Sequence record: PQ330092.1
Length of the DNA stretch: 64,000 nt
Direction: 5' to 3' (one strand)
Position 1 is the first letter of the stretch; every line of letters starts with the position of its first letter. Under the pieces are notes generated by a model. The model was not told the origin of the DNA. It was given only the letters and a program-made list of their open reading frames with translations, and did no database searches. Shown here in pieces: positions 20,047 to 29,313 of this stretch. A program made the translations under genes and the position numbers.

Positions 20047-20709
20047 ATGTTAGTTAATCTTAATTTCATCACTTCACCTGACTGGGCATTACGTGGAGTT
20101 TCTTTAAACTTCAAGGAAACTATGTTTGACTACATTGGTGAGTGTACATTGGTAAATGCAACTTTTGATCCAAATCATCCGTTTTGGGCTGAAATTCATG
20201 ATCCAAATGTAAACAACAATACATCTGTTATGACTATTGTCCAGACTAAACATGCAGGTATCCTTGCAGGTTATCGACCTGCACATGCAATTGAACACTT
20301 CACTGATTACGATGTCGTGGATGAATACCCAATGATCCATGAAGATGGAAGTCTATACACATCTGAAGACTTCCGTGCTATCTTTAATAGTACTGATGAT
20401 ATTCTACCAAGTGGACGTCCACGTCCTGAGTCTTATCTTATGCATCCATCTTATGGTGTAGCAGATACGCTTGAACAGATTATGAATAAGTACAAGAACC
20501 TAATTGAAGGTCCAGAAGAAATTGTCCTGTGCTATCACCCAGTACTGAAGTCTGAACAACCAAAGGATGGTGGATGGCGTTGGCATAAGAATGGTGAGTA
20601 TATCGGTACTAAACGAAGTAAAGAACGTTTTGAGTACTTGTATGATGAGCCAGATGTTGATGTGGTTTTGTGTTATAATTTTATTAAGGTGAAAAAGAAA
20701 TGTATCTAG
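20047..20709 (+). CDS. conserved-looking hypothetical phage protein
   Basis: GAGGA SD; motif QPKDGGWRWHKNGEYIG..EYLYDEP. Confidence 0.8.
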   Translation: MLVNLNFITSPDWALRGVSLNFKETMFDYIGECTLVNATFDPNHPFWAEIHDPNVNNNTSVMTIVQTKHAGILAGYRPAHAIEHFTDYDVVDEYPMIHEDGSLYTSEDFRAIFNSTDDILPSGRPRPESYLMHPSYGVADTLEQIMNKYKNLIEGPEEIVLCYHPVLKSEQPKDGGWRWHKNGEYIGTKRSKERFEYLYDEPDVDVVLCYNFIKVKKKCI

Positions 20710-20942
20710 TACTAAGTTTTGTTGTTGCACTATTGTTTATGTTCTATCCTACACTAGTGGCATTAGCCACTAGGCGAACGATGGTAGATCTCACTACTGT
20801 ATTCTTGCTAAACGTGGCATTAGTACTGGTGTCTATTATCATTCCAGTGAGCTTTACAGTTATTGATATTATTTCGGTATTACTCTTCGTGTTAAGTTAT
20901 CTTATGCTTATTGAAGAAACAAATGTTGACAAACGTTCGTAG
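20700..20942 (+). CDS. small membrane protein
   Basis: Nearly all hydrophobic, about 3 TM. Confidence 0.72.
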   Translation: MYLVLSFVVALLFMFYPTLVALATRRTMVDLTTVFLLNVALVLVSIIIPVSFTVIDIISVLLFVLSYLMLIEETNVDKRS

Positions 20943-20953
20943 TACTGTATAAT
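20926..20953 (+). promoter_or_regulatory. sigma70-type promoter with AGTACTG abutting -10
   Basis: TTGACA-16-TATAAT. Confidence 0.75.
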
Positions 20954-21000
20954 GGTTCCTGTAGTCTGAAACTTAACACTTAAACTTGAGGTAAAAAAAT

Positions 21001-21327
21001 ATGTTATCAGTACTAATTTCAATTCCGTCTTTAATTCTGATTTGGCTTCTGGTTTACGAATGCTTTATTACTGATGATAATGATAAAAAAGAGTTCTCTG
21101 AGTTGTTTATGCTTGATTCACCGATTGTGCGTATTTTCTATACAGTCGTTGTGGTTTCAGTAATTGTATGGATTTTGAGTTTTATCTTCCCACTCGGTGC
21201 AGTAGTTAAAACTTTGGATTTAGTTGAGAACTTTGTTGCAATTATGTGGCTAATCAAAGCACTATTTGCAGGAAATGTTAAAATTTGGATTGATATTATC
21301 AAATTCAAGTTCACGAATAAGATGTAA
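21001..21327 (+). CDS. membrane protein
   Basis: GAGG SD; about 3 TM. Confidence 0.75.
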   Translation: MLSVLISIPSLILIWLLVYECFITDDNDKKEFSELFMLDSPIVRIFYTVVVVSVIVWILSFIFPLGAVVKTLDLVENFVAIMWLIKALFAGNVKIWIDIIKFKFTNKM

Positions 21328-21405
21328 CAGTGAAAATATCTCTATAGTATTAAATACTTCTGTACATATATATAGTACAGAAGTATTTCTCGTTAGAGGT
21401 TTGTT

Positions 21406-21765
21406 ATGAAGAGTTATATAAAATTAATAGCACTTGTGTGTGCATTATTTTCATGTTTTAGTTATGGTGCAGCAGCAGAAACATATTGTCGTAGTACTAA
21501 GGGAACGTGGCATGTATTGACTAACGACCCTAGAAATGGTAAAAATATAGTTGTTGATGGTGTGATTTATCGTTTTAAAGTAGAAAGTATTATCGGTAAT
21601 AAAAAAATCTCGACTTATAGAGATGATTCTGGTACATTAGCAAACGTAATATTAATTGTAGACCCAAGAACTGGTAATGGTGATATCTATATAGTAATTT
21701 ACTTGGACTCATCGGTACGCCGTGACCTAGATATAGATAAATTGAACTTACACTGTGAAATATAG
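21406..21765 (+). CDS. exported protein
   Basis: Signal peptide SYG-AAA; GAGG SD. Confidence 0.75.
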   Translation: MKSYIKLIALVCALFSCFSYGAAAETYCRSTKGTWHVLTNDPRNGKNIVVDGVIYRFKVESIIGNKKISTYRDDSGTLANVILIVDPRTGNGDIYIVIYLDSSVRRDLDIDKLNLHCEI

Positions 21766-21776
21766 GACTTAAAAAA

Positions 21777-22154
21777 ATGGTAAACACTATTTTACTTTTG
21801 TTGTTGAATATTCCAATTATTCTGTCTTTTTTAATTTCTATTTTTATGGCAGGATATTGTTTAGTTGCAGTAATTCATTTCATTTTAACAAACAAATATG
21901 TCCTAATTTCTAAGCTTGATTCTATTTTTGCTTGCGATTCGATTGCTTATAACTTGTGGTTAATTTGTTCTTGCATTATGGGAGTAACTTTCCTTCTGTA
22001 TGTATTTGATGTCCTTGACCAAAAGTTCGTATACATCAGTACTGGATTGGCTCTTTATCCTGCTACGTGGTACTTGATTTACGTTGGTGATATATGGTAT
22101 AGTACTTATAAAGAATATCAGTACAAGAAATCACTTAACGTTGGAGGAAAATAA
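21777..22154 (+). CDS. membrane protein
   Basis: About 3 TM. Confidence 0.72.
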   Translation: MVNTILLLLLNIPIILSFLISIFMAGYCLVAVIHFILTNKYVLISKLDSIFACDSIAYNLWLICSCIMGVTFLLYVFDVLDQKFVYISTGLALYPATWYLIYVGDIWYSTYKEYQYKKSLNVGGK

Positions 22155-22156
22155 TC

Positions 22157-22507
22157 ATGAAAATTATTTTATTTTTTGTATGTATGTTAATGTGTGGATT
22201 GTCATATGCTGAACCATTGGAAGGTTTAGTTTGTACAGATGGTAATATTAAACATATCTATCAAGGTGATAGTGACGATCGAGATATTGTATATATTGAT
22301 GGACAATCATATACGTTTGTTAAAGAGCATACAGTAGGCGACATTAGCTTCACTGAGTTTTCTAACGACACAGACCCTAACTTCTTAGCGTTTATTGAAG
22401 TAGATGTATATGAAGATAGTAATGGCACACAATATGCTAAATTAGTTATGATGCGTCGTGGTGCTAAAGAAACTAGTTTTGGTGGCTTGTGTAAATATAA
22501 GGATTGA
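22157..22507 (+). CDS. exported protein
   Basis: Signal peptide SYA-EP; GGAGG SD. Confidence 0.78.
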   Translation: MKIILFFVCMLMCGLSYAEPLEGLVCTDGNIKHIYQGDSDDRDIVYIDGQSYTFVKEHTVGDISFTEFSNDTDPNFLAFIEVDVYEDSNGTQYAKLVMMRRGAKETSFGGLCKYKD

Positions 22508-22511
22508 TATT

Positions 22512-22703
22512 ATGTTGATTTATCAAAGTGATAATATTCGTGTTATGCAGCATCCCTACTTACAAATCTTTGATGTGCAGCAGTATATGGAAGGTGATGA
22601 CCCAAGAACCTATGGTCGTAAGTATGATTACTTCACTGTAAAGCAGTGTAAAAATATTAACGAAGTACGACAATTAGTTCAAGAACTTCAAAACAAAGGT
22701 TGA
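22512..22703 (+). CDS. hypothetical protein (63 aa)
   Basis: AAGGA SD before ATG 22512. Confidence 0.72.
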   Translation: MLIYQSDNIRVMQHPYLQIFDVQQYMEGDDPRTYGRKYDYFTVKQCKNINEVRQLVQELQNKG

Positions 22704-22729
22704 CTTCGGTCAGCCTTTTTTGTTATAAT
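22695..22729 (+). repeat. fused terminator-promoter element, copy 1
   Basis: AAAGGTTGAC-TTCG-GTCAGCCTTTTTT-GT-TATAAT. Confidence 0.85.
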
Positions 22730-22757
22730 TCTCTTAATAAATTAGAGGATTTTAATT

Positions 22758-23198
22758 ATGTATGTATATCGTTTTGAACTTAAATTTAGTTACATTGAAC
22801 CTAACTTAGATCCTGCACGAACTGTAGGTCCGTTTGCACGGTATTCAACTAGATACAGTACTAAAAATGGATTTGACCGTTTGCTTATGACTACACCTTC
22901 TCAATTCCAACCTGAACCAACTGAGGATGGGATCTATTCAATCAAAAGTGGATGGGTATTTGGCTGTCAAAGTTTGAAAGATTTGTTCAGATTCTTCACT
23001 ATGGACTTGGGTAAATTGCATCGTGCTGGGTTTGCTATATCTGTATATGAAGTTCCAGACCACCATGTAGACATTGGTCGTAATCAGGTTCAGTACTATT
23101 GCGGTAGTGCTAAATTAGTTCGTATCATGTCAGTTAAGGAAGCAAAGGATGAGTTCCGACAAAGTAAAAGAGAAACACATGAGGTAATATATGGATAA
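22758..23198 (+). CDS. hypothetical protein, possible ADP-ribosyltransferase-like fold
   Basis: VYRFE..GPF..PEPTEDG..FGCQS..GRNQV; GAGGA SD. Confidence 0.45.
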   Translation: MYVYRFELKFSYIEPNLDPARTVGPFARYSTRYSTKNGFDRLLMTTPSQFQPEPTEDGIYSIKSGWVFGCQSLKDLFRFFTMDLGKLHRAGFAISVYEVPDHHVDIGRNQVQYYCGSAKLVRIMSVKEAKDEFRQSKRETHEVIYG

Positions 23199-23535
23199 AA
23201 CTCAAATAGAATTAAAGAAATTTGTTTCATTCTATTTTCCTGATGACCCACGTAATTCACAAAAAGATATTGAATATTATAATATCCTATCTAAACAGTT
23301 AATGAGAAAGTTTCAACAGTGTTTAACTATATTCAATACAGATGGAAGACGTAGATACCGAATCGTTTCAATGAATGATGAAAACGCAAATTTCTTTGAT
23401 TACGATGTAGTTTTTAGAGCATATAATGATGATCGTATAAAATTAAATTATGATCAAATTATACTTGACCTGAATGTTATATGTGTTATAATCACTCACG
23501 TAGCCGAACTTAATGGTTTTAAAGAATGGTATTGA
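23191..23535 (+). CDS. hypothetical protein (114 aa)
   Basis: GAGG SD. Confidence 0.75.
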   Translation: MDKTQIELKKFVSFYFPDDPRNSQKDIEYYNILSKQLMRKFQQCLTIFNTDGRRRYRIVSMNDENANFFDYDVVFRAYNDDRIKLNYDQIILDLNVICVIITHVAELNGFKEWY

Positions 23536-23549
23536 ATAGAGGATAACAT

Positions 23550-23816
23550 ATGAAGCTTAAATTACAATATAATGGATTTACTTTACGTAATGATACTGAA
23601 TTTATTAATCGTTCTCCTGGTGCTGAACTGTTTTTACGAGAGATGAACATTCCTTTCATCATTACTACAGTGGGCGACCGTGAAGTTCTACAATATGCAG
23701 AGCATCCGATTATTGATGTTCCTTGGTACTCTGAGCATATGTACATGGATATGGCACGTCGCTACAACTGTAAGTTCGTAGTTGAAGGTGATAAAATTAC
23801 AGTCGAATTTAAATAA
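23550..23816 (+). CDS. hypothetical protein (88 aa)
   Basis: GAGGA SD. Confidence 0.78.
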   Translation: MKLKLQYNGFTLRNDTEFINRSPGAELFLREMNIPFIITTVGDREVLQYAEHPIIDVPWYSEHMYMDMARRYNCKFVVEGDKITVEFK

Positions 23817-23828
23817 GGTAAATTAAAA

Positions 23829-24122
23829 ATGATCAGTACTTCAGTTAATGAAAGCATCGTCGCTGACGTAGAAATGGTTAAAGAATGTGCAGATGAAACT
23901 CTTCGTGATATGTACATTAATGATTTAATTACTGAATACGGTAGTCGTGGTGTACACGAATTTATTCGTTTAAGTGGAGAGTTGATGAAAAATCGAATTC
24001 GTATGAAGCTTAACGTACATCCAAAAGCATGGGCATTTACATTAAAATACGCAGAAGATATTGTGAATTTGCGTCGAACTGAAGTATATGAACGTTTGCA
24101 CAATGGTATGTTAGATAAATGA
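23829..24122 (+). CDS. hypothetical protein (97 aa)
   Basis: AAGGT SD. Confidence 0.78.
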   Translation: MISTSVNESIVADVEMVKECADETLRDMYINDLITEYGSRGVHEFIRLSGELMKNRIRMKLNVHPKAWAFTLKYAEDIVNLRRTEVYERLHNGMLDK

Positions 24123-24126
24123 TTGT

Positions 24127-24156
24127 AAAAAAGGAATTCTTAAATGAATTCCTTTT
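24127..24156 (+). terminator. intrinsic terminator
   Basis: AAAAAAGGAATTC-TTAAAT-GAATTCCTTTTT. Confidence 0.75.
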
Positions 24157-24174
24157 TGTTTATAAGGTATAGTA

Positions 24175-24396
24175 ATGAAATATATAGTACTTGTACTGAT
24201 ATTATTCAGTACTGTTGTAAGTGCTAAACAAAAAGAATATGTTAAATGTATAAATTATGAAGAGAAATATGTTGAAACATATAAAAAAAGTATAATTAAA
24301 AACGTTTCGATTACTAACAGAGCAACAATCATTGTACTTAAAAATGGGTTAATTATGCTATATAAACCACACGTTAAATGTGAAATTATTAATTGA
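24175..24396 (+). CDS. small exported protein
   Basis: Signal peptide VSA-K. Confidence 0.68.
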   Translation: MKYIVLVLILFSTVVSAKQKEYVKCINYEEKYVETYKKSIIKNVSITNRATIIVLKNGLIMLYKPHVKCEIIN

Positions 24397-24976
24397 GGAA
24401 ATTATGAATCGTAAAGGTCGTTTTAAAGTATCAAAAAAGAACAAAAGTTCTAGGTTTAAACCTATTGTTTTAACAGTTAAATCTAACAAAGATTTAACTG
24501 CACTTAGTAAAAAGATAATTTCATCTAAGATTGAAGTATCATACGTAAATTCATTAAAATATATGAATGTCAAACCACTGGACCAACTCATTTCACTTAT
24601 ATTTGAACGTAATGATTTTGAGATATCAGTAGATGATTATAGAGCCTATAATGCTGGTTTCATTAATGTTACTTGTAATAAAAAACTAACTGAGTTGGAA
24701 AATTTGTCATGTATAATAAATCTAGATAAAGGTGTTGTGAAGTACCATTTTGTACATTTCACTAATATCAATAATGGAATGGGTGTACAATCCAGACCTA
24801 TAGTGCCTACGTGTGATGTTACTAAATTAGCAAAGCTCAATGATGAAGAATATTTTCAAGAAAGCATTGTAACTGAGCATTTAGATGATATAATAGCTAC
24901 TTACAAAGAATGCATATGGGTGTTGAATGCTATAAAACCTAAATTGTGTTTAATGAATATTGTTCGTGATTTATGA
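24380..24976 (+). CDS. hypothetical protein, EExxFQ family
   Basis: DEEYFQESIV; start may be ATG 24404. Confidence 0.72.
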   Translation: MKLLIEEIMNRKGRFKVSKKNKSSRFKPIVLTVKSNKDLTALSKKIISSKIEVSYVNSLKYMNVKPLDQLISLIFERNDFEISVDDYRAYNAGFINVTCNKKLTELENLSCIINLDKGVVKYHFVHFTNINNGMGVQSRPIVPTCDVTKLAKLNDEEYFQESIVTEHLDDIIATYKECIWVLNAIKPKLCLMNIVRDL

Positions 24977-24989
24977 ATGGGGAATCGTA

Positions 24990-25433
24990 ATGAGTTGGGT
25001 AAATGTTAATAGTATTGAACTTAACGAACAAGATATTTTTGCATTTGTAAATTTAACTAATAACACAGTACTAAAAGGGCGTTTGTTCAGTGCTAGTGAT
25101 GGGTACAAATGGATCTCTTTGATGGATGATAGTGGTGTGATTTATAATGTAATGCAATTACCCCAATGGGTATATAGTAACACTGCTGACGATGTTCTTA
25201 CCGCAGTTATGCGTGAGTTTGAAAAACTCCCAGGTGGTGATATCAAAAACAAAGTTTTTAATGCAGAACGTAAAAATTATACAGCACAGCAATTGGAATC
25301 CCTTGCCATTGCTGCTTATCAAGCTGCTATTAAGAAGCCAGAGTGCGTTATTCTTAAGTATGTACCAGACTTAAAACTTACGTTGGAAGACATGGATGCA
25401 TTCATTTTTACATCTGAACTTGATCAGTACTAA
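24990..25433 (+). CDS. hypothetical protein
   Basis: GGGG SD before ATG 24990. Confidence 0.75.
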   Translation: MSWVNVNSIELNEQDIFAFVNLTNNTVLKGRLFSASDGYKWISLMDDSGVIYNVMQLPQWVYSNTADDVLTAVMREFEKLPGGDIKNKVFNAERKNYTAQQLESLAIAAYQAAIKKPECVILKYVPDLKLTLEDMDAFIFTSELDQY

Positions 25434-25548
25434 TTTAACTTTGGGACAACCATTCTTATTATGATATAATGTTTTATGTCATTCGATATAAATGACAACG
25501 GAACTATAAATATTATAGTAAAATTTATCTCTTATAGGAGTTATAAAA

Positions 25549-25932
25549 ATGGTTGATAAATGGAATAAGAAAGATCCATCACATGATGTTGATATTTCTG
25601 GTCTAGACAATGCACATAAGCACAAGTATCTAGATTCACTAGGTCTTCTAAAACCAGACCAAAGTCTTGCACATGATCGTCCATCCCGTGAAAAAGCATT
25701 TAGCCTAGAATCACTAGGTCATGAGCTTAATCGTGTGTTTGAGGATCACCCAATCTATGTACGTGATATTATCGAGAAACTTAAAGTAACTCCTAAAGAG
25801 CACTTTAAAGCAACTGTACACTCTGCATTCCGTGCATTACATGAATCTCTAAAGAAAACTCACAATCTTCGTAAAATTCATGATGAAATCGTGAATGCAA
25901 TCGAAAGTGAAAAACATAAGTTCAAGAAGTAA
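25549..25932 (+). CDS. probable late protein, paralog of the N-terminal part of 26178..27455
   Basis: TATAAATA upstream; YLDSLGLL and SLES motifs. Confidence 0.7.
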   Translation: MVDKWNKKDPSHDVDISGLDNAHKHKYLDSLGLLKPDQSLAHDRPSREKAFSLESLGHELNRVFEDHPIYVRDIIEKLKVTPKEHFKATVHSAFRALHESLKKTHNLRKIHDEIVNAIESEKHKFKK

Positions 25933-25935
25933 TAA

Positions 25936-25972
25936 AAAGGGGTTGACTAAGGTCAGCCCTTTGTTGTATCAT
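25936..25972 (+). repeat. fused terminator-promoter element, copy 2
   Basis: GGGGTTGAC-TAAG-GTCAGCCCTTT..TATCAT. Confidence 0.8.
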
Positions 25973-26001
25973 AAATTCTCAATATAACTGAGGTATCATA
26001 T

Positions 26002-26115
26002 ATGCAAGGTTTGAAATTTGTAGTTGCTGCACTCATCGCCGCAGTACTGGTTGGTGGTGTATTCTATGTAGTGGATCAAAAAGTAAATCCACCTGCACAA
26101 GAACAATCTAAGTAA
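26002..26115 (+). CDS. small membrane peptide (37 aa, below track threshold)
   Basis: GAGG SD; MQGLKFVVAALIAAVLVGGVFYVVDQK. Confidence 0.65.
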   Translation: MQGLKFVVAALIAAVLVGGVFYVVDQKVNPPAQEQSK

Positions 26116-26121
26116 CAAAAT

Positions 26122-26161
26122 AAGGTTGACTTCGGTCAGCCTTTTCTTTATACTATAAATA
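26122..26161 (+). repeat. fused terminator-promoter element, copy 3, with TATAAATA late box
   Basis: GGTTGAC-TTCG-GTCAGCC; TATACT; TATAAATA 26154-26161. Confidence 0.8.
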
Positions 26162-26177
26162 TAGACATAGAGAAAAA

Positions 26178-27455
26178 ATGAAATCTATGGAGAGAAATCA
26201 AATGCCAAGTAATTTTACTGATAAAAATGGTGGTAACATGGCTGGTCACTCTGATAAATGGAGTGAACGCAACCGCCGTCCAAATAGTTATCAAGCAGGT
26301 CAAGGTTCACGTGGATCACGTAACCAAGGAACTGGTCTAGCTGGTAAAGCAAACGCAGAAGCAGGTGAAGTTAAGAGTACTGAGAACATGACTGAGCTAG
26401 AAAAGCTACGTTATGTTAATTCATTGGGACTTCTTAATGCTACACAAAAACAACGCCTAGCTGATATGGAACGTGAAGAAAAAGAAAAATCTGCTCCTGC
26501 TAAAGAAGAACCAAAACAAGAAGCACCAAAGGCGGTTAACCCTGTCAAAGAACTGTCGGATAAGTTAGGTAAGATTTTTGCTAATAAACCACAACTTATC
26601 CAAGGTATTGTGAAAGAATTGCAATCTGTACCTAAAGAAGAATTAAAAGTCAAAGCACAAGCTGTGCTTGATGCAATGAGTGGAAATACCAGTACTGAAC
26701 CAACTGAAGTATTCAGTACTATAATGCGTGCACTTGAAGGTACGCAACAAGGTGATGTGCCTGCACAAGAGGAAGTAAGTCTTGAAAGCGTACTTAAAAC
26801 ATTTGATAGTATTGGTAAAGAAGACCGTGCTAATGCTCAAAAAGTTAAGAATGTACTAGCTAAGTTAGAAAACCGTCTGGAAGGTAAAGACGATAAGATT
26901 AAATTAGTATCTGATGCAGTTAACGATGCACTTAAATCTTATGTACAAGGTGAAAAGAGTCGTTTTGTAACTGCAATGGATGCTGCATTCAATACTATGA
27001 AAAAGTATGAAGCTGATCATGGTGAGAAGGTTACACGAGATGGTTATCTGATGCGTGATGATGAAGAAGGTGCAGTAGAACAGAACGATGTTCATTCAGA
27101 CGAAGAAATTGATGACATGGAAGCTGAACTGTCACAAGACCGCCAAATGACTGAAAAATCCCATAACGAACTACAGAAATTAATGCAATGGGTTGCAGAT
27201 GTTGGTGAAAAAGCTGGTGCTGATAAGAAGAGTATAAACCGAAATCTTAGTTGGATTAAAGATAAAGTTGGTAACAACGCTCGTAAACTACAAAAAGCGT
27301 GGACTGATGTAGTGAATGGTGCTGTTGATATTGATGTTGAATCCGGTGAGGCATATGATTATGCATTGACTACACTTGATGACTCTTTCCGTGATTACGA
27401 AAATGGAAATGTAACTCCTTGGGAAAAGGACATCATGAGCAAATACGGTAAATGA
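26178..27455 (+). CDS. probable late/virion internal protein (425 aa)
   Basis: Late box upstream; charged helical protein; start may be 26202. Confidence 0.6.
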   Translation: MKSMERNQMPSNFTDKNGGNMAGHSDKWSERNRRPNSYQAGQGSRGSRNQGTGLAGKANAEAGEVKSTENMTELEKLRYVNSLGLLNATQKQRLADMEREEKEKSAPAKEEPKQEAPKAVNPVKELSDKLGKIFANKPQLIQGIVKELQSVPKEELKVKAQAVLDAMSGNTSTEPTEVFSTIMRALEGTQQGDVPAQEEVSLESVLKTFDSIGKEDRANAQKVKNVLAKLENRLEGKDDKIKLVSDAVNDALKSYVQGEKSRFVTAMDAAFNTMKKYEADHGEKVTRDGYLMRDDEEGAVEQNDVHSDEEIDDMEAELSQDRQMTEKSHNELQKLMQWVADVGEKAGADKKSINRNLSWIKDKVGNNARKLQKAWTDVVNGAVDIDVESGEAYDYALTTLDDSFRDYENGNVTPWEKDIMSKYGK

Positions 27456-27461
27456 TAAAAC

Positions 27462-27497
27462 AAAAGGTTGACTTCGGTCAGCCTTTTTTTGTAAATA
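27462..27497 (+). repeat. fused terminator-promoter element, copy 4
   Basis: AAAAGGTTGAC-TTCG-GTCAGCCTTTTTTT-G-TAAATA. Confidence 0.8.
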
Positions 27498-27526
27498 CAA
27501 AAGAGGAATTAAGAAGAGGGATTACA

Positions 27527-27778
27527 ATGAAAAAATATATTATATTTGGAATTGTATTATTTTCCAGTACTGCTTATGGTGCAGATTATCATTGCTCCGT
27601 AGCAAGGCAGGATTTCAGAAATGGGGAGTTCTATACTACCTCATACACAAAAGGAATAATACACGACACCGACAGAACTATTGGATTTAATGCGTTTGAC
27701 AACAAAGATTCATATACTTCAGGTATACTATCTGAGCGTAAGACTGATGTAATGGGAATAGAAAAAGAGTTCCGGTGA
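27527..27778 (+). CDS. exported protein, N-terminal part (possibly frameshift-split)
   Basis: Signal peptide AYG-AD. Confidence 0.65.
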   Translation: MKKYIIFGIVLFSSTAYGADYHCSVARQDFRNGEFYTTSYTKGIIHDTDRTIGFNAFDNKDSYTSGILSERKTDVMGIEKEFR

Positions 27779-27788
27779 TTCAGTAGCA

Positions 27789-28112
27789 ATGTGCAATGGC
27801 ATTGAAAGTACTAAAACAATTTATTATAATAATGAACGTAACTATCGTTTTCATAATTTAACCACAAATAAAAGTTTACTATTTTACAATTGTAAAGAAG
27901 TAATACTCCCATCAGACAATAGCTGTACTCCAACTAATCAACCCCCAGCACAATGTAATACTCCCTCTGAACCTGATAAAAATAAAAAAGACAAAGATAA
28001 AGATAAAAAAGAAGACAAAAAACCTTTAAAAGATAAAAAGAAAGATAAAAAACCTAATCCGTTTAAAAATAATAAACAAGCACAACCCGATATGACGTGT
28101 AAAATAAAATAA
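27789..28112 (+). CDS. hypothetical protein with Pro linker and KD-rich tail (possibly continues 27527)
   Basis: Frame open back to 27762. Confidence 0.6.
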   Translation: MCNGIESTKTIYYNNERNYRFHNLTTNKSLLFYNCKEVILPSDNSCTPTNQPPAQCNTPSEPDKNKKDKDKDKKEDKKPLKDKKKDKKPNPFKNNKQAQPDMTCKIK

Positions 28113-28121
28113 GGATATATA

Positions 28122-28541
28122 ATGAAAAAGATTTTTTTAAGTATTATTTTAGTACTTTTTAGTTTTAATGTATATGCAGCAGATGCTAAACAGGTTGCAA
28201 ATACAGTAAAAGATGTTATAGTAGATAATGCTCCTACATTAGAGGAAATTGGGGTAAAAACTTGTGATATAGTAATATATAATTTAGTTAATGATGAACG
28301 AGTTATGTTGAATACGTATGAACAAGTAGTCCCATTGGTTGAATCTGGTGATGCTTTTAGCTTTACATATAAAGTTAAATTAACAGGAGGGGTTGAAGTT
28401 AATCTTGACATTGATACCGCTTCAGTACTAAAAGATAAACTAGGATATGTGTTCAATCGTATTCGTGAAGAAGGTCATCTTAAGTATGTTTATGAAAGTA
28501 AAATACTAAAACGTGCAATAGTTATAGAAAACTGTAAATGA
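28122..28541 (+). CDS. exported protein
   Basis: Signal peptide VYA-AD; AAGGA SD. Confidence 0.78.
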   Translation: MKKIFLSIILVLFSFNVYAADAKQVANTVKDVIVDNAPTLEEIGVKTCDIVIYNLVNDERVMLNTYEQVVPLVESGDAFSFTYKVKLTGGVEVNLDIDTASVLKDKLGYVFNRIREEGHLKYVYESKILKRAIVIENCK

Positions 28542-28546
28542 TAATA

Positions 28547-28582
28547 AAAGGGTTGACTTCGGTCAGCCTTTTTTGTTATGAT
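28547..28582 (+). repeat. fused terminator-promoter element, copy 5
   Basis: AAAGGGTTGAC-TTCG-GTCAGCCTTTTTT-GT-TATGAT. Confidence 0.85.
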
Positions 28583-28610
28583 GTTGGTATTAACTACAGA
28601 GGATAAAGTA

Positions 28611-29252
28611 ATGACTAAGCAAGACATATTCAAAACTTTAATTGACATTTTGCGTCCATCAAAAACTCGTTGTGCGATGGAGTTTGATATTCCTTATGCT
28701 GAACGCGTAATCTTTCCACAAGTTAAAGCTGCTGGACTTACTTTGCTTGGAATGGGGATGTACTCTGTAGTAGTTGAACATAAAAACTATCCTGGGCGTG
28801 CATTTAAAGTAACCACTTCACGCTGGGATGGTTTTCGTGCTTATGCAAAGTACTGCATTGAAAACGCAGGAACCAAGTTTCTTCCAGTGATCTACAGTGC
28901 AAACGAACAAGGAAACTTTGGATGGTATGAGATGGACAAGTACTATCCTATAATTAAACAAAAAAATAATTATGATGACTTTGTTAGTACTAAAATTGGA
29001 GATTTATATTCTTATGCACATGCTGGTCAGTACGCTACTTCAGTGAATGATATGCGTGGTAATTCTGAAGAGATTGCTATTGCGACGGTCGCTGCTAACA
29101 TCATGAAAGAGTTTCACGGGCGTTTTGTACCAGACATTCATTCCAGTAATGTCATGATGGATAAAGATGGCAATGTATTCATTACTGATCCTCTTTCGTG
29201 TGATGTACGTAGAGAAATACCAGTTACTGAAGAAGATCCAGTTTTTTATTGA
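28611..29252 (+). CDS. T7 gp0.7-like Ser/Thr protein kinase
   Basis: LGMGMYSVV, AFKV, DIHSSNVM, ITDP; GAGGA SD before ATG 28611. Confidence 0.8.
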   Translation: MTKQDIFKTLIDILRPSKTRCAMEFDIPYAERVIFPQVKAAGLTLLGMGMYSVVVEHKNYPGRAFKVTTSRWDGFRAYAKYCIENAGTKFLPVIYSANEQGNFGWYEMDKYYPIIKQKNNYDDFVSTKIGDLYSYAHAGQYATSVNDMRGNSEEIAIATVAANIMKEFHGRFVPDIHSSNVMMDKDGNVFITDPLSCDVRREIPVTEEDPVFY

Positions 29253-29313
29253 CAGAACTGATGTTCTGGTGTATTCTTAATAAACCATAAAAATTGCGGT
29301 AAAGGATAAAATC

